This document shows, in pieces, positions 1-10,500 of a DNA stretch of 64,000 bases (its first letter is position 1; each line of letters starts with the position of its first letter). The stretch covers positions 174,222,001 through 174,286,000 of the forward strand of contig NC_058368.1 in the NCBI RefSeq assembly GCF_018350175.1. Direction: 5' to 3'. Under the pieces are notes generated by a model that made no database searches, was not told the origin of the DNA, and saw only the letters and a list, made by a program, of their open reading frames with translations. The position numbers were made by a program, and so were the translations under genes. Origin of the DNA: Felis catus. Taxonomy: Eukaryota.

Positions 1-3000
1 AGGCTCAGGCAGGCCTGGCATTTGCCCAAGGTCAGGTGTGGTCAGGTGCTGCATCGTGGACCGAGCTCCCTGCATCACCATGCTGGTCTCTTCGGTTTGA
101 GACTTGTTTGCTCTGAATGGCTCAGGACCTGGACGTGTGACAGGGCCTCCTCTCTCTGACGGCTCCTTCCCGGCCCTTTCAAAGACTCTTCTCCCCTCTT
201 CCCTGTCCCCTCCGCCCCCTCTGGCCCCTTCTCCTTGCATCTATGTCCTGCCCTGGCCAGCCCCCGCCTTACAGCCCTTCCAAGATGCTTCCCTTATGTG
301 GCTTTGAGGAAGTGATACCTTCAGATGTGGCTGGCGGCAGGGAGGCCAACAGCCTGTCTAAAAAACAACCGTGCAAAGTGTAACAAAAGGCTTAAAATCT
401 CCCTCCCCTTCTACCAGTAATGCTCTTCCCAGAAATTCAGTTTCTAGGGAAATAATCTGAGAGACACAAAATATCCTCTGCGTGGAGATGTTCATCACAG
501 GGTTGCTTATAATAGAAAAAAAAAAAAAAGTGGACACAACAGCAAAGTACGTAGGGAAACATTTCAGTCAGTGACGAGGCTCTTCATGCACCCCTCCCCC
601 CGCAAGCAAACTGCCATGGGCCGGTGTCCACTGAGAGATACCCCCACATGCCAGGCACTGTTCTTAGGCCTTCATATTTATTCTCTCCTTTAATCCTGAC
701 GATTTTTTTTAAGTTGGGACTTAAAACGCCCCCATTTGCAGACAAACAAACTGAGGCAAGGAGAGGCTAGGTAAACTGCCCAAGGTCAGAAGCTTCCGGG
801 CACCCCGACTCCACCAGACTCAACCACTCCCAGAGCCGTGGCGGTGACTGATGACCATCACCAGGAGTTAGTTGTTGAGGGCAGGCCAACGTGCCAGGCG
901 CTTCTCCCTCTTGCTAGTCCCCATTGCCATTGCTGCCCCCCACCATCCAGGCCGGCGAGGGCACAGATGATTCCTTAGGCCCCAGACAGAAACAGCAGTG
1001 AGAAAGTCTTAGGGTGTTTGGCGTTCAAGAGCCCATGAGAGCAGTCCCCCACCACCCAGAGAGGAGGGACCAGCTGGGGGCTGGGCCAGGAGCCTAGAGT
1101 TAGGTGGGAGAGTAGGCCCTGCCCCTGCCGCCCTCCCTCGGGGTCACTGGGGTGACTGGAGGCAAGGTGGGGGTCACTGAAGGACGAGTGTGGGGGTCTG
1201 AACGCATAGGGGCTTGTGCCCTACTCCCAGCTGGAAGCCAGGACAAGGGAGGGATCCCTTGCACCCCAATTCCTCTGCTCCCATGGGGGGTGCAGGGGGT
1301 CCCCCAGATCTCCTGGACCTACGGTGAGCCCCAGCACATGACTGGGCTTTGAGGCCTGCCTGCTGGGAGAGGTCCAGGGGGCTGGGAACCTGCAGCAGAG
1401 GCCAAAGCCCCTGAGAGAATGTGGTTGGTCTTCGGCAGTGCCAGATAGAGCCCAGGAGTAGGTCAGCGGTGTCCCCGGGCCCGACCATGGCGCAAACACC
1501 ATGGAGGGAACCTGGCAGGACAGGTCCATCGCGGTCCAGAGGGTGCTGTGGGGGTCAGACAGCCTGGGGAACTTCGCTTACCCTGGTGGGAAGGAGATGG
1601 TTGGGGGCGGGGGAGGAGAGTGGAGACGATCTCGTATTGAGTTGGTTCAACTTCCGAAGTCACCACGTTTACAGCTGGAAGTGACTGAGCTCTCAGACCT
1701 GGAAAGCATGCGTTTCTCCAGCTTCCACGAAATGGTCCACGGGCACCCAGAGCGGAATGCAGCAAAGAATCTTACAGCTGGGCGGGCACAGGGCACTAAC
1801 AGCCCTGTTCCTTTCTCCAGCCTGGGACAGAGGTGCTGTAAGGACCAGCCTCACTTTTCAGATGGGGACAGAGTCCTAGAGAGGGGAGGACTTGCTCAAG
1901 ATCAACTAGCCAGCACCACGGGGAGATCAGCCCTCAGAGCTCTCTCAGCAGACCACGGCACTACACGGCATCGCGTTGCCCACGAGCGCACCCCTCTCCC
2001 CACGCTGTCCCTTTGCCCAGAATGGCACCTCTGCTCCTCAGCTTAGAAAATTCCAACTGTCCTTCAGGAGTCAGCTGAGACGTTCTGAGACATCACCTCC
2101 CTCTGGGCCCTTGGTAAAGGAAGAGTGGACGAATGAATCAGTAAGACTTAGCAGCCCCCAAAACAGGAGACATGTGGCTGAGGAACTCAAAGTGTGTCAC
2201 CTCTTGTTGCCAGGATATTAAAGCCACGTTGGCTCAGGAAAAGCCTGAAGGGAGGAGACAGCCATGATTTCAGGGATTGCATAAGACGGCAACAGAAATG
2301 GGGTTTCTCTTTGACTTTCCATTTGAATGTTCCCTTGCAACAGTGATTAAGTATTTATAGATACTGTGTTTCCGAAATCAGTGTGGAAGTTCCCTGAATC
2401 CTCTGGGCATTGGGACTGCCTTGCCGCCCATCCCAAATGTCCATCCCTGGGTCACAATGGCACGTGTTCAGTCCTGGAATGAGGAAGACCGGAGTCTCAT
2501 CCACGGGCCTGTGATGCCCAAGCCTGTGACCCTCCCTCCACCCTGCAACCTCCTGCACAATCCGTACAGAGAAGCGGACCCACCGAGGCTTTGTAGAACC
2601 ACTTTTTGCTACTTTTTGCCAGTTGGGACAAGCTCCCCTGTCCCCTCCTTTCTACCTCTGGGCAGAGAGTAAGTGGTCCACAAACCCCAGGAGAGACTCA
2701 GGGGCTGTGGACACCCTGAAATGCACAGTGGGTCTCAGGCATTACCCTACTCCTGTCCCCCAACGCTGCCACACACAGCCCCTACGGGTTTAATGAACAC
2801 CCAAAAGCTGAGAGGCCTGTGACCCACTGCTGTTTCTGTAGGAGCAGTGGCAGCTGGCAGAAATCTTAGCTCTCTTTAACAGATGAGGAAACTGGGGCTC
2901 AGAGAGGGATGCGATCTTCTCACGGCCACACAGCCAGTCAGTGGCAGAGGCGCTGAGACATCCAGATCCCCCACCTGCCAGGCTGGGGTTCTTTCGGCAA

Positions 3001-3378
3001 GCCCCGCCGTGCACCTGGTCTGCACCCCTACCTGCACTCACAGCTTGGGTCGTGACAAGGACACATTTTCCTGAATTTGCCTCCGTAACTCAGAAGGATG
3101 CATTAGTATGAAAAACATGTTCTTCGCTGCCCTTGCCAGAAGATTCTTGACACAAACACCCTGGGGGGTTGGCATAAAATCTCTCCCTTGTTAAGCATTT
3201 ATATATAATGAGGGTGGAAGTGGTCCCTTGAGACTGATCCAAGCCCCCCCATTTTCGGAGGAGAGATATGAGGCTCAGGGGTCAGGGCCTGATTTGAACA
3301 ATTCAGTGGCACAGCTGCGATACGAATCCACAAAGCCTTGAACTTTCCAGCTGCTCCTTTGTAGAGGGGTGAAAGAGA

Positions 3379-3428
3379 GGAAGGAAGGAAGGAAGGAAGG
3401 AAGGAAGGAAGGAAGGAAGGAAGGAAGA
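3379..3428. repeat. (GGAA)n microsatellite
   Basis: About 12 tandem ggaa units. Confidence 0.95.
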
Positions 3429-3643
3429 AGGCAGGCAGGCTACCACTTACTAAGCATCTACTCTACGCTAGGTGCTTTGTATAAATTGATGCTGAGCCTT
3501 ATTGCTATCCCCACAGGGAGACATCTTCATCCCTGTTGTGCAGATGAGCAAGCCGAAGCTCAGAGAGAGCAGGCCATGGGCCCGGGGTCACAGAGCCCAG
3601 CAAGTGCTGGGGCTGGAACTGACACCCATTTCTTTCCCCTACA

Positions 3644-3955
3644 CCAAGGGCTGGCAGCAGGCCAAATCCAGCCTACCAACCTATTTTTGTTGAAATGGTG
3701 GTGGTGGTGGTGATAGGGGGGAATCAATAGAAGAATAACATTTCAGGACTCATGAAAATGATATGGAATTCGAATTTCCACGTCCATCATAAAGTTTTAT
3801 TGGAACACAGCCATCCCCATTCATTTACGTATTGTCTGTGGCTGCTTTCACATCGAAAGAGCAGAGTTGAGTAGTGGCGACAAAGAACATACGGGTTGCA
3901 AAGCCCAAACTATCTACTATCTGGCTCTTTGCAGATAAGATTTGCTGACTCCTGC
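3644..3955 (-). mobile_element. MER58B-like hAT-Charlie DNA transposon relic
   Basis: aagttttattggaacacagcca...cattcatttacgtattgtctgtggctgcttt...tactatctggctctttgcaga...tttgctgactcctg. Confidence 0.8.
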
Positions 3956-4876
3956 CTGATGCCATGCAATTTCCCAGGGAGCCTGGAAAGTCCGCAGAGC
4001 TTCCCTTGTCCCTGCGCAAGGGCGTCAGGGCTGAAACCCAGGCCTCCTCCTGTTTGCCAAGCTGTATGCTCTGGGGCTGGATCCCCTGGAGAGGGGACCT
4101 TCACTCATTTGTTCACCTGGAGTGTTCACCCTCTTCTTATGGGGAGAAAGCTACTAGCAGTGGCCCCAAATGCACAGTTCCCCCTTCCCGCCTCATCACA
4201 GCCCCTGGGAAGGCAGCCCCAAAGCATGTCCCATCAGATCTGCTGCAGAAGGAGTGGATAGCGAAGGTGGGGAACAAGCAGGGGCAGGGGTCTGCATGAA
4301 GCCAGAGGGAGGGAGGGGGGATGGCCTGGGCACGAGCTGGGGCTTCTAGCTGGCTTCAAAGGCACAATTCCCAGGGAGAGAAATGAGGAGTTGTCTACCT
4401 TTCAAGTGACTCCTGGGAAGTCACTATTTATTCTCCTTGACTTTTAAGGCTGTAAAAGGCTTCCCACCCACCCACCCCCCTCTCTCTCTGCTCTTCTTCC
4501 CCTAACTTCCTCTCTGGGGGTAGAAAGGAATCTCATTCCCCCAATGCTCAGAAGAGACAGAAGATGCAAAGGATTAATTTCTTGCTGTAGCCTGTCTGCT
4601 CTCCTGCAGCTGTGCTGAAGCATGAGCACTGCAGGCCTGGGAACGGGTGTTCTGGGCAGGTGGCAGGGACAAGGGGAGTCTAGGGGTCCATGATACAGCC
4701 TCATGCCTGGAGCTCCCCAAACAAGGGCTATAAATAGCCAAAAGCTTCCATAAAGCCCAAGCGCTTTAGTGAATGGGACCATGGATGCAGGAGGGGTAGA
4801 AGGAAGAAACAGAGGGAAGAAAAGAAAACACAAAACAGAAAGGAAGAAAGGAAGGAAGGAAGAAAAGGCAGACAGA

Positions 4877-5190
4877 AGGGACCTGGAAGACATCATGCTA
4901 CATGAAAAAGCAGGGCACGACAGACCACATATTGTATGAAATGTCCAGAATAGGCAAATCCGTAGAGATAGAAAACAGATTAGTGGTTTCTTGGCTGGGG
5001 GCCGGTAGGGGATTGGGATCGGGAGGTGATCGCAAAAGGCTACAGGGTTTCATTCGGGGGGTGATGAAAATGTTCTATGATTGGTTGTGGTGATGCGGCA
5101 CAGCTCCGTGAATATACTAAAAACCAGTGAATTGTATACTGAAGTGGCTGAATTGCGCAGTATGTGAAGTATGCCTCAATAAAACTGTTA
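4877..5190 (+). mobile_element. Old L1 (L1MB/L1ME-type) 3' end fragment
   Basis: atgaaatgtccagaataggcaaatcc...agattagtggtt...gtgatgaaaatgttct...cctcaataaaactgtt matches the ancestral L1MB 3' UTR. Confidence 0.85.
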
Positions 5191-5722
5191 CGGGAAAGGA
5201 ATAAAGATGGAAGTTGGTGTCCAAGATGGCGGCGTAGGAAGACCCTGAAATCGCCTTCTCCCATGGACACACCAAGTCTACGGCTGCACATGGAACAATT
5301 CCTGCTGACAAAGGATGGAAATGTAGCGGCACATTTCTGTCCGCAACAAGGCATAGAAGGGCCACATCAAGACAAGAGAGACAGAGATGCAGTCTCACCA
5401 AAAACCTCAACCCCGGCGGGATAATTCACAATACGGGAAGATCTCATGGGTCTGGACTCTCTCTCTGAGGAGAGAGGGGTTTGTGCTACACATTGGGCAC
5501 CCCAACCTGTTGCACTTGCACTGAAGAGATGAGGCCCCCAAGCATCTGGCTTTGGAAACCAGTGGGCCTTATGTCCAGGAAACCTGGGGTCTGTGGAGAC
5601 GAGATACTCCTTTGAGGGACTTATGGCTCATGCACGGACTCGCTCATCAGGGGACCAGCAGAAAGGCAGCAGTTTAAGAGGTGACTGGATTGTACGTGCA
5701 GGAGATGCATTTGCGAACCTAG

Positions 5723-5905
5723 ATTTTTTTTTGGGGGGGGGGCAGAGGGAGAGGGAGAGAGAATCCCAAGCAGGCTCCGCGCTGTCAATGCAGAGCTCGA
5801 CGCAGTGCTCGATCCCAGGAACAGTGAGATCATGACCTGAGCTGAAATCAAGAGTTAGATGCTTAATCGATGGAGCCACCCAGGCATGCTGCAGCCACCC
5901 AGGCG
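5723..5905 (-). mobile_element. Can-SINE (feliform type) inserted in the L1 5' UTR
   Basis: gagagagaatcccaagcaggctcc...gagatcatgacctgagctgaaatcaagagt...gagccacccaggc, with a degenerate TSD tgcattt..aa.ct on both sides. Confidence 0.9.
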
Positions 5906-6637
5906 GGCTGCATTTTGCTAATCTTACAGTATTCGCCAGAGAGGGCAGAGGTCAGTTAGGACTCTGGGGATGGAGGTGCTGGTGAGCGCCATTTTTGCAT
6001 TTTCCCTCTACCTTGCTAGCACAGCTAGGTAGGCCCCAGCCTCAACACTCTCTGACAGCCTCACTAAAGCTGGTGGGCAAGTGCAATCCACATGGGGGAT
6101 ACCCCTCGATCACCCGCCCCTTGTGGCCAGAGGTGCTTGTGTTTCCGGGCCCCGTGGGACCCAGACAGTTCTGGGAAGGCTACTATACCCAGGGCACTGC
6201 ACAGACAGCAGACTGAAACATAAGTCCCACCTGCTTCTGAAAAAAGCCCATCTACTTGTCCTAGAGCTTTAACCCGAGGGACAGGCTTCAGGTTTGCCAG
6301 ACATCTAGAGGCTACCGAGGCACTCTCAGGGAATGTAGGCAAGGAGAAAGCCTTCCTCGGCATCTCTTAGAAAAGAGCTTACACACTTGCCTGGAGCCCT
6401 GATTTTTGCAACAGTTGCCCAGAGGACACCTCCAGATTTCGTGGTCTGGAGGCCAGCAAGGTTTACAATTACAGTCCCACAGGACTATATATATTCGCAT
6501 ACTTAAAAAGCTGCTGCTTAAGGATCTGGCTTCCAATCAGCCTGAAATTAGGTGCTGCCTATGATTACTCCCTTTGGAACACTGGCAGGTCTGGGCATAC
6601 CTTCAACAACAGAGGCCTATCAAGAATAAATCAGGAT

Positions 6638-6813
6638 GGGGCCCCTGCGTGGCTCAGTCGGTTAAGCGTCTGACTTCAGCTCAGGTCATGAGCTCACGGT
6701 TTGTGCTGGCAGCTTCAGATTCTGTGTCTCCCTCTTTCTCTACCCCACCCCCACTCACGCTCCTCTGTCTCTCTCTTTCAAAAGTAAAATTAACATAAAA
6801 AAATTAAAAAAAA
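6638..6813 (+). mobile_element. Can-SINE with internal deletions, inserted in L1
   Basis: gggg...gtggctcagtcggttaagcgtctgacttcagctcaggtcatga head, CT tract and A tail; TSD aagaataaatcagg at 6622 and 6814. Confidence 0.92.
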
Positions 6814-9800
6814 AAGAATAAATCAGGCTACTCAGACAATCACAAAGGGACAAGTAAGAGCTGGGGCAAGGTTGAATGATAAGGTTCATTTCCTGTATAA
6901 GGCCACTCTTTCAAGACTGGGGGAGGTAGCTGTTTTGACTAATACATGGAAACAAACACAGAGAGGCAAGCAAAATGAGGAAACAGAGGGATATGCTCCA
7001 AATCAAAGAACAAGACACAAAATGTCAGAAAAAGATCTTGATGAAACAGAGACAATCATCTACCTGTTAAAGAATGCAAAGTAATGCTCATGAAGATTCT
7101 TAGGAGAAGGATTGAAGTGAGAACTTCAATGAAGAGACAGAAAATACAAGAAAGTGCCAAACAGAAGTGACAGAGCTGAAGAATACAATAATGGAACTGA
7201 AAAATACACTAGAGGGGTTCAAGAGCAGACCAGATGAAGCAGAAGAACAGATCAGTGACTTGGAAGACAGAGCAGGAGAACTCACCAAGAGAGAAAAAGA
7301 ATTTTAAAAAGCGAAGATAGTTTCAGAGACTTATGGGAGAACATGAAGCAGGGTCACATTTGCTTTATAGGGGTCCCAGAAGGAAAAGAGAGAAAGGGGC
7401 AGAAAATTTGTGTGAAGAAATAATGGCTGAAAACTTCTCTAACCTGGGAGCAGAAACAAACATCGAGGAAGCTTGGAGAGCTCTGGATAAGATGAAACCA
7501 AAGAGAATCACATGAAGACGCATTATAATTGAAATGCCAAAACTTAAAAAGAGAATCTCCAAAGTAGCAAGAGAAGACAACTTCCTGCATACAAGAGAAT
7601 TCCCATAAGATCATAAGCTGATTTCTTGGCAGAAACTTTGCAGGCCAGAAGGGAGTGGCATGATATATTCAAATTGCTGAAAGGAAAAAACTTCCAGCCA
7701 AGAATACTCTACTCATCAAGGTTATCGTTCAGAATTGAAGGAGAGATCATGAGTTTTCCAGACAAGCAGAAGTTAAAGGAGTTCATCACCGGTGGCCTTA
7801 CATGAAATATTAAAGGGACTTCTTTCAGCTGTAAAGAAAAGGCACGAACTAATAACAAGAAAATACATGAAAGTAAAAATATGACTAGTAAAGGTAGCGG
7901 ATTAACCATGCATAAAGCTAGTATAAAGGTTAAAAGATAAAAGTAGTAAAATTAACTAAAACTATAATAATTAGTTAAGTGATATACAAAATAAAAGAAT
8001 GGAAATATGACGTGAAAATCATAAAACATGGGGGAGGGATATAGAGTTTTTAGAATGCATTCAAGTTCAAGTTGCTATCAGCTCAAATGAGACATCTGTA
8101 TACACTGTTCTATGTGAACCTCATGGTAACCATGCGGCAAAAACCTACAGCAAAACATAATGAGAAAGGAATCTAAACCTAACACTAAAGAAAGGCATAA
8201 AACCACAAAGGAAGAGAGCGAAAGAAGAAGAACAAAAACAGTGAGGAACTATGAAACATCCAGAAAACAACTGACAAAATGGCCGTACGCACATACTTCC
8301 CAATCAGTGTCAACTATATTCTGCCTACAAGAGACTTACTTCAGATCGAAGGACACACACACACACACATACACACACACTGAAAGGGAAGGGGTGAAAA
8401 AAGATATTCCATGGAAATGGAAATGAAAAGAAAGCTGGTTTAGCCCTACCTATATCAGACAAAATAGACTTTAAAACAAAGACTGATAAAAGACAAAAAA
8501 AGGGCACTATGTAATGATAAAGGGGTCAACACAACAAGATGGCAACACTTATAAATACGTATGTGCCAGCAGAGGAGCACCTAAATATAGAAAGCCAATA
8601 CTAACAGAGAAACTGACAGCAATACAATGATTGTAGGGGACGTTAAAACTCCACTTTCAAAAATGGATAGATCATTGAGACAAAAAAATCAACAGAGAAA
8701 CATTGGCCTTAAATGACACATTAGGCCAGATGGACTGAAAAGATATATACAGAATATTCCATCCCCAAACAGCAGAATACACATCCTCTTCAAACACGTA
8801 CGGAACATTCTCCAGGGCACATTACATGTTAGGCCACAAAACAAGTCTCAATAAATTTGAGAAGACTGAAATCATATCAGGCATCTTCTCTGACCACAAC
8901 GGTATGGAACTAGGAATTAATTACAAAAGGAAAACTGGAAAAATCACAAATACATGGAGATTAAAAAAGATATTACTGAACAACCAATGGGTCAAGGAAG
9001 AAATCAAAGGGAAAATACAAAAAAAAAAAAAACCTTGAGATAAAGGAAAATGGAATGACAACAATCCAAAATTGATGGGATACAGCAAAAGCAGTTCTAA
9101 GAGGGAAGTTCATAGGGATACAGGCCTACCTCAAGAAATAAGAAAAATCCCAAATAAATAATCAAACTTTACACCTAAAGAAACTAGAAAAAGAAGAACC
9201 AATGAAGCCCTAAGTTAGTAGAAGTAAAGAAATAATAAAGGTCAGAGCAGAAATAAATGAAACAGAGACCAAAAAAAGAAAAAAAAAAAAAAGAAAAGAC
9301 CCATGAAACTAAGATATGGTTCTTTGAAAAAGAAACAAAATTGACAAACCTTTAGCCAGACTCATCCTAAGAAAAAGGGAGAAGGCTCAAATAAGTGAAA
9401 TAAAAAATGAAAGAAGAAAAGTTATAACTGATAGCATAGAAATATAAAGGATTATAAGAGACTGACAAGAACAATTATACATTAACAAATGGACAAATTG
9501 GAAGAAATGGATACATTCCTAGAAACATGCAATCTTCTAAAACTGAATCATGAAGAAATAGAAAACTGGAATAGACCGATTACCAATTGTTAAAGAGACT
9601 GAATTAGTAATCAAAATTCCCCCCTCCCACTCCCTCCGAAAAATCCTAACAAACAAAAGTCCAAAACCACACAGCTTCACTGGTGAATTCTACCAAACAT
9701 TTAAAGATTTAATACTTACCCTTCTCAAACTCTTCCAAAAAATTGAAGAGGCGGGAATACTTCCAAACTCATGTTAGGGCCAGCATTACCCTGATCCAAA

Positions 9801-10044
9801 ATCAGACATGGACACCATAGAGAAAAAGAAAATTACAGGCCAATATCCCTGATAAACGTTGATGCAAAAATCCTCAACAAAATATTAGCATGTCAAATTC
9901 AACAATACATTAAAAGAACCACATACCATGATCAAGTGGGATTTATTCCAAGGATGCAACCATGCAAGCATGGTTCATCTCAAATTAATCAATGTGATAC
10001 ACTACTTTCACAAAAAAGTGTATAAAAATCATATGATCATCTCT

Positions 10045-10266
10045 GGGGTGCCTGGGTGGCTTAGTTGGTTAAGCACCTGACTCTTAATTTTGGCTCAGGT
10101 CATGATCTCACGGTTTGTGGGTTGAAGTCCTGCATTGGGCTCTGCACTGACAGCATGGAACTTGCTTGGGATTCTCGCTCTCCCTCTCTCTCTGCCCCTC
10201 CCCTGCTCATGCATGTTCTCTTCTCCCTTTCTCTCTCTCAAAATAAATAAATAAACATTAAAAAAA
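10045..10266 (+). mobile_element. Can-SINE (older subfamily) inserted in L1 ORF2
   Basis: ggggtgcctgggtggcttagttggttaagc head, CT tract and aataaa tail; outer TSD atgatcatctc at ~10033 and ~10503. Confidence 0.92.
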
Positions 10267-10275
10267 TTCATGATT

Positions 10276-10500
10276 GGGGCACCTGGGTGGCTTAATCAGT
10301 TAAACGTTCGACTTCAGCTGAGGTCATGATCTCGTGGTTTGTGAGTTCGAGCCCCGCGTCAGGCTCTGTGCTGACAGCGTGGAGCCTGGAGCCTGCTTTG
10401 GATTCTGTGTCTCCCTCTCTTTTTTCCCCTTTCCCACCCCTGCTCACTCTCTCTCTCTCTCTCTTTCAAAAATAAATAAATATTAAAATTTTTTTTTAAA
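10276..10500 (+). mobile_element. Can-SINE (SINEC_Fc2-like) inserted directly behind the previous SINE
   Basis: ggggcacctgggtggc...gagttcgagccccgcgtcaggctctgtgctgacagc...ggagcctggagcctgct; flanks aaattcatgat and aaatcatgat. Confidence 0.92.

Noticed and set aside
1908..1930. REST/NRSE-like motif cagcaccacgggga
   Set aside because: Only the left half matches; the right half lacks GGACAG.
1501..2046. 181-aa plus-strand ORF
   Set aside because: No recognisable family, the 3' part runs through MIR-like sequence, and there is no promoter or exon support.
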